Below are positions 1 through 13,584 of a stretch of 64,000 nt of DNA, piece after piece. The notes under the pieces were generated by a model. That model saw only the letters and a list, made by a program, of their open reading frames with translations, was not told where the DNA came from and searched no databases. The stretch's first letter is position 1, and each line of letters begins with the position of its first letter. This DNA comes from Auanema rhodensis (taxonomy: Eukaryota; Animalia; Nematoda): positions 13,950,001 through 14,014,000 of the forward strand of contig OZ059897.1 in NCBI GenBank assembly GCA_964057225.1. Direction: 5' to 3'. The position numbers and the translations under genes are program-made.

Positions 1-335
1 TAATCTTAATGTATTAAATATGAGTTTAAAATTTTTTTTTTAAATTAATATTTTTTTGGGTTTATTCAATTCCTTAAATGGAATTTGTCACATTGTATAC
101 AAACATACATGTACATGTTTTAGTAATTGCACTAGACGGTTGCCTTGCTTTGACGTCAACGAAGTTCCATTATTTTATTTCGGAGGAATATTTTAAGAAG
201 TATATAAAGATATAAAAATAACTATTTAATGTTTAAATATAAATATATAAATATAGAAAGAGATAGAGATAAGAAGAAGAAATTTATGTTAAAATAAAAT
301 AAATTAAGTACAAAAGTTGAAGATATACAGATGTA

Positions 336-1038
336 CAGTCCTGTGCGATGAAGGTTGCACACCCCTATGTTAGAGGCCCCAGAATTCCCCTTCAAACTAC
401 AAAAAAATTTTTTTTTTTAATTTCAAAAAGTTTGCGAGTTCATATAGTATATATTCAGTCAAAATATATGTTAATATAACTAAAACTGATTTCAATATTA
501 TTTTTCTAAATTTATAAGGAAAAATAGTGTTTTTTGACTATTTTGAATAATTCATCTTAATATAACAAAATTTGAGATTAGGAAAGAAGTTAATTCATTA
601 GAAATGTTTTAAAATGATTCTAAGCACAAAGCTCAATCAATAACAAAGTTTTTGTCTGCAACATAGCTTCAAGCAAGTAAGCTTCAACATCTGAATCTTA
701 CTGAATATCTATGAAGAGAACTTGGTTAACATACAACCAAATTCTCCCGTTTAAAAGAAAAATTGACCTTTAGGGTACTCCTAACACTATATCAAAAAAT
801 TATTTCTGAAATCTTGATGAAACTTCTGAAATTCACGAAAGAAGACTTAAAGCAGTTTATGAAAATTTCGAAGACTTCAGAAAATACTTTTAAACATGAT
901 TTTTAAAATGTTTTAAACTTTTTCTAAATTCATTATCGTTTTTTAACATTCAAAATATATTTTTTCTGAATTTTTGTAGTTTGTCTGAGAAGGTATAAGG
1001 GTTTCTAGTGGGTGTGCAACCTTCATCGCACAGGACTG
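336..1038. mobile_element. Non-autonomous Tc1/mariner-type DNA transposon (MITE), 703 bp
   Basis: Perfect 29-bp terminal inverted repeats CAGTCCTGTGCGATGAAGGTTGCACACCC (336-364) and its reverse complement (1010-1038), flanked by TA (334-335, 1039-1040). A further subterminal match (CAAACTACAAAAA) is present. No transposase ORF inside. Confidence 0.92.
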
Positions 1039-4000
1039 TATGTATGTATGTGCATATGTATGAAGTTGAAGCAAAAATGTAATTATACAGTATAGTTAAC
1101 AGAAATGTTTTCTGTAACTTATTTAGGATTGAAAAGCAAAGTAAGTATTAGTACTTCTTTGTACTAATATTCATTTTTTATGAATAGATGTAATATACAT
1201 AGATCACTGTAATAAGTGAGATGAATAAGAAAAGAAGGTTTTTTTTTTCCTTTAAGTATATGTTTTCATGAGTATAGTATAGTATAGCAACGATGAATAA
1301 TTTCATATGTCTGGTTCCTGTTATACAATTCTTTATTTCTCACATCCGGATGTTATTGCATGATTTTTCGAAAGACAACCATCTAATCTTTGAGTTCAGT
1401 TTGTTTCTTATATTTTCTCTCCTTGACTCAGCCTTTTTTATTTTTGGTGATTTTTTTTTACCTTTTTCCAGTATTGAAACCATTATTTTGCTGTTTTAGA
1501 CAACTTGATCCGGAGGTCGTTCGAGTGTTTTTTGCATTTTACTTTACTATGTGTCTCCTTGTTTCAATGATCTATGATGATCATATATTTAATTTTTCTA
1601 GCTTTTCTATTCAGAAAAAGAACATGCTTAATATTTTTTGTGAATTGTAGTCTTGCTGTTCAAAGTTCAATAGCACACCATGGAGAGATCAGAATTATAC
1701 GCCCCTCCTTCCCATTCAAATACTATAGATGTGAGTTCATAAGTATCTCATGAGAGCTTGAAAGTCACATTGTTCTTCTTTCTTTTTTTAAATTAAGTTG
1801 ATGATTCATTTAAGTTCTTGTATAGTTTTGCTTATACTTTTTAAAAAAAATGTTCTTTACAGGTGTATGCATGACTAATTTAATCTCCATGACAACAAGA
1901 GCAGTAAGCACAAAATACTAGAAGTCCATTGGCTTGTCTGTGATGAACAAGACACTACTTTATATATTTTTTTTCAACAATACTATACATGTTTTCTCAA
2001 CTTTATTTTTTCATCTTATAATCTGAATTGTAAAAAGATTTGAAGAAATAATCTTAGAGTTGATCAAGTTTCAATCTCATACACGTTAAAGTTAATTCAA
2101 TCAAATTCAAATTTCCGGTAATTAAGATCATTATGTTATTGGTCTAACATGATGTTCCATCTTTTTCTTTTATTCAGCTTTTTTTCTTTTTCACTCTCTT
2201 CTCACTACCTTCTTATTTCCTTTCTCTTAGAATCTCTTCTCTCTACCTTTCACTTTCCTTTCCTCTTCCTTTTAACTCCCTCTTATATTTTCTTTTCATT
2301 GGATATAGAAAGCAATTCATCCACCCCCAACAGGAGCTAAATCTCTTGGAAAACGTTTTCTGAAAGTATTTTACCTCAATTTCTTTATGAAAGACTCTAC
2401 ACGTACTTTTAAATTTATTTTCTTTTGCAAATGACTTCATAGCATGTTGAGAAGATATAACTCATTTTCAAATAACTGTAAGTCTAGATTGTTTTGAAGA
2501 CGAAGAAGAAGACAAACTAAAACTCAAAACGTAAGTTTCTAAGAAATTGTAATAAATATTCAAAACTTATAGTTTATTCTTCTTAATATGATATCATTTC
2601 ATATGATAAGATGCGAAACTATTTGAAATTTGTTCAACTAACACTTTCATTATTCAGTATTATCCAATCTATTGAGGATTTTCTTATAAATTATTCAATT
2701 TATAATATTTAATATTTTCATTTGTTATAGAAACAGATTTAAATATAATCTTCTTTTTGACTACTTAATCAATTTAATCTGTTTCTGAAACTTGTTTGAT
2801 ATAAAACAAATAAGATACAATGAATTGTATTCTATGAAATATTGAGAAAGCAAGTCTCAATTTGAACTTTTTCTGTTAATATCACTAATCTTATAATGTA
2901 TTATATCTTTTTTATTATTTGTCATTATCAGTTATCAGATCATAACAATACTTCCTAGACTTGTAAGCACGCCTCTCTACCACTTTATAGGCTACTAGAC
3001 GGACTTATAGCTCAACTCTATCATCACCTGCTTAACACTATTCATTCATTTTTTTTGGCTACCTTTTCCCCTTTAAATTGTTTCAAGTTTATGAAAATAT
3101 TGAAATGAGGGGAGGAGGAGGGGGGGGATATGATATTAAAATATAGACCAAAAGAGAAAGAGTGAGGTAAAGAGAGAAGGAAGGAAATTGGGAGAAAGGA
3201 ACATAAGCAGTAGAACTCCCTCAGGTAAATCGCTCGCGAACCTATGGCTTCCTCCTCTCCATTTTCATTATTTTCTCCCATTTTGACTGTCACTCAATAT
3301 AACGCCTACCAGTTTTACCTGGAATTCATTATCATCTATACTATGCCAAGCTGCAATCTTCAACCTTGCATGAGAATATCTTTAGTAATTCCTCCAACCT
3401 TCACAACGGAATTCTATGAAACTAGGTGCTGGACATGCATCAGCTAAGTATTTAAGTGCTCTTGTGAGCATTTTTCTCAAACTTTATTGTCTTTTTCTCA
3501 AATATATTGAAACAGTTAAATACGATTTAAATTACTATTGATAGAAACTACTTTTCAATGAAAAATTGTTAAAAAGGTTTTCTAAAAGTACACCTGTCTA
3601 TTCTCTTATATTCAAGTGTTCTTTAAGTACAGGTATCAAAATTACTCTGTGATTTTGGTCAAGCTGTTTTAATATTGTAATGAACTATACTTTTTTTTCT
3701 AGAAAGCTATTCAAATTTTTAATATTTATAATCATTGTCTGCTTCTTTTATTTCATATTTTCATACTTTTTTATAAAATTTAAAACATTATTACTGTTGA
3801 AAAGTGTAAATTTTTGATATTTTGGCTATTTTAAGAGAAAATAAGAGTTTTTCTTATTCTTTTTTTTGAAGAAGAAGAACGTATTATGAAGTTTAAAAAA
3901 GAAAGAACAAAACAGAAAAATGTCTTGTTTTTTACAAAACGAACAGGAACCAATTCTATCAAATCATGCAGCTTGGAGTTTGGACAACCAACAGCTTCTG

Positions 4001-4709
4001 TACTAGTATTATTCAATATGTAACTTAACAACTACTTATTTATTTTCCAAACAAACCAAAATTGATATTCTAGTTATAACTAACTATAAATTATATTTTT
4101 GAAGTCTTAATCTTTATAATATATTAAAGAAAATTTAATTTTAAAATTCTTATTAATAATATATTATAATTTTATAATAGAAATATATAATTTTTAACCT
4201 AAATTATCACAAACTGTAATGAACATTTTTCTATAAAAGTATATTTCTTGATGATAATGTTCATGTAATTCTAAATCGTTCACTAAGATTAATCAGATGA
4301 TACGAATAAATGAAAACAATAGATGGATTATTATTATAAAATAATCTTTTCATCTTTTTTTTTCTTTTGTCTTAATCCCAATTCTTCAATATTAGAACTT
4401 TTAGTTTTCTTATCAAATATGAAGGGATCAATCTTCATTGGATAATACTACATACATATGTATATCCATCAATATTAATATAATACATTTAAATATTTAC
4501 AAAATAAATAATATTTTACTTTTTTTTTGTTTTATAAGTATTTAAAAAAATAATTTATTATATTATATGTTTTCAAATATATATATATATATATTTATAT
4601 TAATCTTAATATTATATTTATCGTCCTTTTATATATTTAATTTTATCTTTAATTTTGTGCCAATTCTTTAAATTATTAATAAATTTTTTATTTTAAAATA
4701 ATTCTAGAC

Positions 4710-4981
4710 ATGAATTCTACACTAGCTCCACCACAAGTTATCGTCAATACTCCTCGTCCTCAACAAACCAAAGATCAAGGTAAGGTTGAAGTTGAATTTT
4801 AAGGAATATTTAGTTCATTTTAGGTGCTTCAATGTTATCAGTCTCTTTGAATAATTACATTAATTGTCCAAGTAAGTTATTAATAATTATATAAATTTAA
4901 CTATTTTTCTAAATAGAATCACCAAAAATGGATAGTAAAAAGGCTGTTGGACGAAAATCTCCGGTCCCAAAAAAGAAATAA
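4710..4981 (+). CDS. Small basic Pro/Lys-rich protein, 60 aa, 3 exons (MNSTLAPPQVIVNTPRPQQ...GRKSPVPKKK)
   Basis: Exons 4710-4779, 4824-4871 and 4917-4981. Both introns are GTAAG..AG with matching phase 1. A TTCTAG acceptor sits just before the ATG, so further 5' exons are possible. Confidence 0.65.
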
Positions 4982-6064
4982 AACAGAATGAATAAGCTCG
5001 CTGTCGTCTATGATGAAATTGTCATCTGAATATTTGTCACCCTTAATCATGAATCGACGGTGACAGTTTCACAAACAGTTAATCAATGCATATACATATA
5101 TACATATATATACATATTCCTAAACCAAATCATCATGATTACCAAAGTATTTGTATGTCAAAATCATGGTTATGTAGCAGTTGTCACTATCGGCCAAGTG
5201 ATTTTAGCTAATCCTTGGTTCATTGTGCCGGTCTTGAAAGCCGTGGCAATGTCTCTCGTGCTTTATTATGAACTATCCTTTTTTATATTTGTATTTGTAT
5301 TAAATACATTATTGTATTTGATTATTCTCTTTGGTTTCTTACATAAGATTGTTTTTTTTTTAAATAAAATATTTTTAGTATTAACTTTAACAACTATTTT
5401 TTTGGTTTTTTTTTCTTATTCGTCTTTGAAATATTATTCTTCTCATGAAAATATAAAATATTTATGTTGACTAGTTATGATTGATATTAAGATATCATGT
5501 TTAGATCAGATTAAAATTTAAAAAATAAATTATAATTTTGCAAGATGAAGAGAATATGAGAGAAGATCAAAAAGATCAAAACTTCAAAACCAATTTTGTA
5601 ACATAACGACTATTTTCATTGCCCTTGTATGCTTCTGATCAAAAAACAATATCACTCAATGATCTTTTAACGTTATATTCTTAAAAAAACAATTTTAATC
5701 ATTAATTAGAATTTATTTCTTAATTATATATTATTCTATTTAACTTTAACTATTTTCTATTTATTTATATCTTTCATTAGGATTTAAAAGCTTAAAGACA
5801 GCGTGATTATATTATTTCTGACTCAGGGATAACTCCTCAAGTCTCATCAAGTTATAGAATTGAAAATAGACTCAATTTTTTCTCATCTTTATTTCCTTCC
5901 TGCAATCTAATGATATATGAATTAGATAGAATATTGGATATATTTGTTGTATACTTTTAGATTAGAACATCAGAAATAATCTTTAAATATTTGATTTTTA
6001 GGAAAAATTTTATAATTAACTACAGAAAAAACATTAAATAAATAAATATATAATATTAGAAACA

Positions 6065-6414
6065 TTAACCACCATTAAAGAGATCAAAGGGATTTTGAAA
6101 GTTGTTCAGAACTCGTTCTGTAGGTCCGACCATCATCTTGAACAAAAAAATTATATGAAAATACAATGTTTACATAATGTTTTTAAGAAAAATTTAGTTA
6201 ATCTTTACAAGAATTTTACATAAATGTTTATTTTTTTTTAAATAAATTGATTTTATTTCAAAATAAGGTACCTGTGCTTGAAATGGTTCGTATGGAGTAG
6301 AGTATAGATCAGCAGGTGGACGTTCACCAGTTAACATCTCGGCCAATCCTCGCCCTACTATCTACATATAATTATAATTATAATTAAAATAAAGAATAAA
6401 TTATATAATATATA

Positions 6415-6463
<49 letters not shown>

Positions 6464-6685
6464 TCATTTAAATAAAATATATTAAGAATACCTGCATACC
6501 ATGATCCATATGCCATAATGGATCATTTGATTGTCGACGAAAACGAACACTGAAACATATTTTTTAATTAAAAAAAATTTTTTTTTTTCAAATTTACAAC
6601 TATATAGAGTGAAAAGAATATTTTATGCTTACCCAGCAGAAACCATATGGATGATCAATATACTAAATAAGATGAAACGAATCAT
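6065..6685 (-). CDS. Small secreted prepropeptide-like protein, 90 aa, 4 exons
   Basis: Exons 6685-6633, 6549-6492, 6361-6272 and 6136-6065 splice in frame to MIRFILFSILIIHMVSAGVRFRR-QSNDPLWHMDHG...NPFDLFNGG*. It has a signal peptide, an RFRR furin-type site and a terminal Gly. Confidence 0.82.
6422..6460. repeat. (TA)n microsatellite in intron
   Basis: Direct dinucleotide run. Confidence 0.9.
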
Positions 6686-7200
6686 TGTATTAGTACAATT
6701 ACTTAACAAAATCCATTTTCATTTTATACTTATTCTATTAATAAGATTACTTTTAGCAAATAAGAGACCAGTTACATATATGTTGTAATCTTCAAGTTTT
6801 ATAATCATTTAATGTAAATTGATATTTAAATATCAAGCTCTTATTATAATGTTTATTGATTTAATTAATGATTCATATAAAAATCTTTATTATATATATA
6901 TATTATATATAATATATAATATATCACAAAATTTAAAAAAATATAAAAAAAAGGCACTAAAATGAGAAAAAATATTAAAAAAAAGAAAAGTTTCCAAATT
7001 CTTTTTCCATTAATATTAATCTTTTAAATTTCTTGTTTGACCATGCTTTAACCATTATAATAAACCCGTTTGATTTAACTTCATCTTATCAAGAAAATAA
7101 AAGTATTTAATTATCAGGAAATATATATACATATTCATAAGTTAATTCAAATCTGAAAATAGATTATATTATATAATTAAAATTACTTTTCTCTTACAAT

Positions 7201-9158
7201 TTATGATATTGCATTCATGTGGCTTTCTCTTAAAATATTTCCAGCTAATGCTCCATCCATTTCACATGAATCAGTCCAATGATTCTTGAAATCTATAGGT
7301 ATTCACAAATAAATATTAAAAATAAAAATAAAATATACTAGGAATAGAATAGTGTTTTCTTGGAGCTTCCCATAGAATTCGGCATATTTGACAAAATCCC
7401 CAAGGTTTTTCCAAGATATCATGATTATTTCCATTTAAAAATATTACTTTATAATCTCTTCTCCAATTAAAATATTCCCTAAAAAACTTTTTATTAATTA
7501 TATTATTTAATCAATTACTTACATATAAGCCGTTTTATTTTCCATTAAATAACTTAAATGTTTTGCTAAATCTTGAGTTGATTTGAAGTCATCTAAGGCT
7601 ATAAATGAATTTGGAGGTACAAACTCTTCAACTATCTTTCTCTATAAATTAAAAATTATTTAAAATATGGAATGAAATCGAAATTTCACCTCTAAAACAA
7701 CTGGAACTACATCTCGTCCATACCCTTGATTCCAAAGTTTTTCGGTTAAATAATCTTTGCAAATTGAATTTTCAAATGCAATATAGAAATGATAACTAAA
7801 AGTATAATTTTGATTACGTTTTTCCGTTTTAAAAATTGAAACTTACTCATCATCCAAAGCATTTTCACAAGCTGCTCCTCGTGGGCATCGTAATGTACCA
7901 CAAGATCCATATATATCAACCGGAAAACTTTTCTAAAAAACAATATAATTATATTTTTACAAATATTTTTTATTTGTATACCTGTAACGTTGCAACAATT
8001 TGCTCTCTTCTACTATTAGTTGAGCAATGACTGACAAACCAAGCACCTCCTTTGGTTTTTCCATTTACGCGCTTTGGATCTATGAGCTGAATACCAAAAT
8101 ATTGTTATAAATTAATTTCTAATTCAAACTTGTCCAGTTTTTCTGGAAGCAGGAGCTAATTTTACTGTATATCCATAAGGCGATGCAGCTGGACTATCAT
8201 GTCTAAATCCTAATGTCATGTTAAAGAAATCTCCAGCATCTCCCTGATATCCAGAATTTTTTGGTGATTCCTGTATGAAAATTAATAATAAACGATATGT
8301 ATGTATAGTATACCTGACTAAAATAAATATAATATTGATCATTTCGTCTCTTCATTGATTTGTCTGATGTTGTGAACATCAACTGCAAATAATAATATGA
8401 TTCAAGTTTCTATTGCTTTAACACAACGTTTTGTTTTTGTATAAAAACAATATTGGATTAAAATATATGTATATATGGTTTCTACTATAAAAGTTTAATA
8501 AATAAATTTCACAAAATAAGCCAAATATTTGTATATTATTCCTTACCGCATCTGCTGAATCAACTTTTGATTTATCCTTCGTCAACAAACAATTCCATTC
8601 CGGGCATCCACCCAAATTGCTTTGATCATGTCCAGCATTAATTGAAAGTATTATTTTTGGAGCAGCTGAATATAAGTTTATTTTAGTATTAAAACTAAAA
8701 ATTAACTTATTACCATTCTTATCTGCTTTACAACTCATTTTTTCAGCTAAACTTATGCCTGAATTAGTCATCACTTCTTCAACATAAAATGATTCTCCAA
8801 CAGATGGTTGAAAATGAAAATATGCTAAAAAAAAGAAAAAAATAGTTCTGAATTAAAATATTTCTCACGTTTTTCTATATTTTTCCTAGTTTCATCATGT
8901 AAGTTGTCCTCATTAATAATTGCATTATTACCTATTTCTTGTTTTAACCTCATGTCATCATCAAGTCTAAGTTTTTTGTTTTGAAACTTGCTCTATAAGC
9001 ATTTTTATAATTTTAATAAAAACTTAGAAAAAATAACAAACTCTTTCAGCTCTTTCTGTTTCATCAGCAGGAAAACTGGGCAAATATATAAAAACTGCAT
9101 AAGTTATGCAACAAGCTATCATCAAGATTTTCCATTTTTGATTAAATACAACCCGCAT
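7201..9158 (-). CDS. fut-1: Alpha-1,3-fucosyltransferase (GT10), FUT-1-like type II Golgi enzyme
   Basis: N-terminal TM anchor (MRVVFNQKWKILMIACCITYAVFIYLP). Motifs QESP, FNMTLGFRHDSPAASPYG, WFVSHC, FENSICKDYLTEK, VPPNSFIALDDF and KPWGFCQIC are spread across many short-intron exons. Confidence 0.9.
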
Positions 9159-12100
9159 TCTGCATCACTAAATATTAAAATAGTAAAATTTACTAAGCTA
9201 ATACGGAAATTATAATTATAAATTATAATATATATATTTATTATATTACTATATGTAATGTTTGATAAAAAATAATATGAGAAATAAATATAATAAGTAT
9301 AAGATACAGAGAATTCAAACATTAATGATTTTTTTTTAAATTTAAAAATGACTAAGAATATTGTTGATGAGTTGACATACAAAATTAATGAAAATAGTTT
9401 GAAAGTATTTTAAATTCTGGTTAAGATTGAGAACTTCCTTTTGGAAAAATAGAAAATTAAGAAAATTGATGTATCCATAGAGATGGCGAGACAAAAAATA
9501 TTCACAAGTGGCTTCCGTAAGAAAAAGAAAATAGAATAAAACATAACATATTATGTATATTATCATATAACAATAAATATGATTAGTACTCAAACTTTTT
9601 AATGTTTTTCTGACTTTTCTACTAAAATCTGGCTATTAAACTTTTTTTTTAATGAGATATACTTGATTAATTATGCCAATGAACAATGGAACATATACAT
9701 ATATATATTACATATCCATCAATGTATAAGTATTGAGAAATAATAGTTATATATACATATAAGAGCAATTTTTCATAGAAATATATGTATATGTGAATAT
9801 AGAAAAAGAAAAAGAAAATAAAAGTTATAATATAAAGATATTTAATAGTGTATACATGTCTCTATGTCCATGTATATACATGTATGTACATACTATATAG
9901 TATATGTATCTCTTCTATCGATAGTATTTGCTTTGTTGATTAAATAGCTTGAAAATTTAAAAAAAATGAAGAATTGAAATCATAAAATATGTATGTATAT
10001 ATCATTCTTTGATAATAATATAGTTTTATAATATATAATAATATGAAAAGGTTAATATAATATATAAAATAGATATACATGTATATGAATAAAAACAAAA
10101 GAATATAAGAGAAGAAAAGCTAGATGAGAATGTGTGTTAGTGAAGTGTGTGGGAAAAAATGAATTTTTACAGATGAGAAAAGAATAAAAAAAAACTATTA
10201 TGTCTCAAACTATTATCACAAAAATTCAAATAGATCATGACAATGTTGAAAAGAAAATTAGAATCTGACGTATGGTCCCATTGTACTGATTTTAATTTTA
10301 AAAAAATGTAGAAATATGTATTCATTGATGAAATGAATGATTTCAATTATATCATTTTATTGTGTAAATATATTTAATAAAGTGAAGCTAAAGGTAGTAA
10401 AATTTAAAATTTTTGATTTGAATGTAAAGCTCAAATATGGTAAAAAGTACACCCATTAATACAATAAAATAACGTTCCATTAAATGTACATAGAAAGTAA
10501 AAATTTTGAACAAATAATTCATATATATATGTATTTGTTTTTAAAATATAATTTATTATATTAAATTGATAATTTTGGGACCAACATTGTTACTTAAAAG
10601 TCCGAAAATTTTACTATGATAAGCATTAAGAGTTGATATCATTTAATGATATGATATGAGATTCATAAAATATATAATTAACTTTCATCAAATATTATTA
10701 ATTGGCTTAATTATTATAAAATTTAATTTTAGTTTAATTGAAATATTAATGTAAAGTGTGAGGAACAATAAGAAGAAATATAAAAAATATGTAGAGTATG
10801 ATGATGAACAGAGAAAAGTGACGACCGACATGATTTCAGGTATTACAACTGGAAATTTTGATAATAATAGTTAGACACAGTTGTATTACATGTAACTCAT
10901 CGGATTTAAAAATATGGTTATACAGACATAAGTATTATCGAAAAAAAAAGACAAAATAGACATACGAACGAGATGGACTCTACATCATAACTTAAATAAT
11001 ATTTGTGCTTTCTAGAACAATTTGAACAGGAGGTTTTGAAAGTTTCAATTTCGAAAATTCCGGATTAAGGAATTTATTATTAAATTACTGTGAAAATGAG
11101 AAAAATTTCAAACAGAGGGAAATTAACCAAAAATTCAGTGAATTGCAGCTTCACACCACTTTGCTTGTATCATTCAATAGAATATTTGGTGAAATCCGTA
11201 GAGCAGATGATTCAATATAACTCATATTGTTCAAATTTATGTTAATATTTGCTATATTGTAAACGAAAATCATAAAATTTTAAGTTTTCAAAAGAAAATC
11301 TTTACTGTCTTATATGAATAAATATATATTTATCTACTTATTGCCTTCATCTATACATTGAAAATCAAGTAATTATATATAATTTTTAAAGATACAAAAA
11401 AACTATTTTAATTCAAAATTTAATATTTCATACCTATTTTTAAAATTTTCTTACATTATTTGTTTTATCATTTTTGTCATAAAACAAAATAAATAAATAA
11501 TATAATTTATTTAATTTTGTTTTGTATTGAATTAGTTATTAAAGATTTGTTTTATAAATACAAAAATAAATTGTTAATATAAGAAGAATTTAAATAAATT
11601 CTTCTATAAATAAGACATTTAATAACAAAAATGGTTTCTAAAAACAAAACAAAAATTATAAATGACCGCAAAGTTTGAAAATAATTAATGAAAAAGCAGA
11701 AAAACTGAGGACAATATTGAAGAGAAATGATTAATTTGTGAAAAGAATAAAAAAGAAATGAACAACTTCTTCATAAAATGCTTCTATTGATTAAGAGAGA
11801 AAATATTAAAAGAAATAAGATATGAATATAAAATATGATTATATTCATATATTCAATTCTTATCAATAATAATTTAGAGTAGATAAAATAATTTTTAGTA
11901 GATAAATATATTTGAGGATTAAATTCTATATCTTACAAGTATACATATGTGTATATTTGAGAGAAAAGTAGAGATCAAGTATTAATAGTAGCCATAGTTG
12001 TTTCGTATACAACATAATATAAATGAGAAAATGAAAGGCTTATATGATTGTATATGAGAAAATTATGATTCAATGATAAAACAGAATAGAAAATATGTTA

Positions 12101-12183
12101 GAAAGAGGAAAATGAAAGAATGAATAAACTAGTGAAAGAGAGAGAAATTGAATGAAAGTGTAGATTGGAAGAGAATGATAGCG

Positions 12184-12187
<4 letters not shown>

Positions 12188-12243
<56 letters not shown>

Positions 12244-12245
12244 GA
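12188..12245. repeat. (GA)n microsatellite
   Basis: Direct run; explains the spurious SLSLSL ORFs. Confidence 0.9.
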
Positions 12246-13307
12246 AAGAGTAGACGAACACCAGCGAGCTAGAATGAATTTGTAAGCTAAGAAAGTAGAT
12301 AATAAGTATAAAATGTAAGAATATGTAGATAAGTATATGAAAACGAATAAATGCAAAAATAGGCATAGAGAGTATATGGTGAATAAGATAGATAGATAAT
12401 ACTCTTTGAGCTTTAGAAGTACTATATGAAATGAAAAAAATATACAATAGTGGAATAGAATATAGTTGTCAGTAAGTATTTTATTTATTAATAAAAAAAA
12501 TATTTTGTTTGTGACTTGCCTTTCACGAACTATCTTTGTCTTTAGATCTTGTGTCTCATATGATATTCTATGAATTGCATTGTCAACGTTTTTTTTTTTT
12601 GCTGACAAGAATAGTAAAAGTTTATTTAAATAATAGAAAAAGAGCAGATTCAAAATATAAATATAATAAGAAACTGAAGCTATCAACTTAAACATGGACG
12701 GTAAAACGTTTGAAGCAAGAAAACATATCAAGAATATTGTGAATACCTACATACGAAGTACATTTTTTACGATATATAAATACAAGTATATGTATATGTA
12801 CATACGTAGAAGCAATATAACTATATAGAATAGTTGAAAATAGTAGTAAAGCTTAAGCGAACTCGAAACAATTTCCTCTTATTTACATAAAAAATATAAC
12901 AGAAGTAAATGCTTTAGAGAGACATTACTTACTTTTAAGAATGAATTACATTGCAAATCAATCAAATAATTATGGAATTTGATTCCAGAATATATTGAGC
13001 AACCAATTTCCTTACGTTCAATATTCAATTGCATTTTCTTTTCTGATTGTTAACATCTCTTTCTTGGCACTTAAAGACTTGACGTCAACTCTAATTTCCA
13101 TAAACTACGGATAGTGAAGAGTAGGTGATGAACAACGAAATGTCTGAAATTATTTCCATTCAATATTCATCATCTAGTTTGCATTTGTGTATTAGTTAAA
13201 TGATAGAAAACTATTTGAAATAAGGTTTTTAAGGTTTGAATATATGAATGATGTTTACATAATAACAGCATTTTTTTAAACTTTTTCGTTTATAAAAATT
13301 GTAGATT

Positions 13308-13363
13308 AGAGAGAGAGAGAGAGAAAGAGAGAGATTGAGAGAGAAAGAGAGAGAGAGAGAGAG
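13308..13363. repeat. Interrupted (GA)n microsatellite
   Basis: Direct run. Confidence 0.85.
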
Positions 13364-13584
13364 AAAGTACAGGAACAATGAGAAATGAAAAAAAAAATTT
13401 ATTTAAAATTATTGCTTCAAGTGAATAATAATAAAAATATCAATTATTCATATTAAATAAATTTGTATACTAAATAAAACGAAGATCATGGAAATTAAAA
13501 TTTCACAGTATTTCTGTGTTTATGTTTAAACAAAATAAAAATTATTTAAATTTTTAAACATCATAGTTTCAATTTTTTGCTCTT

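Noticed and set aside
1293-4031. Short Phe/Leu/Ile-rich ORFs and exon-like fragments
   Set aside because: Composition artefacts of AT-rich DNA; I could not build a consistent spliced model.
11582-11605. AGAAGAATTTA/TAAATTCTTCT palindrome
   Set aside because: Short and almost entirely A/T; expected by chance in this background.
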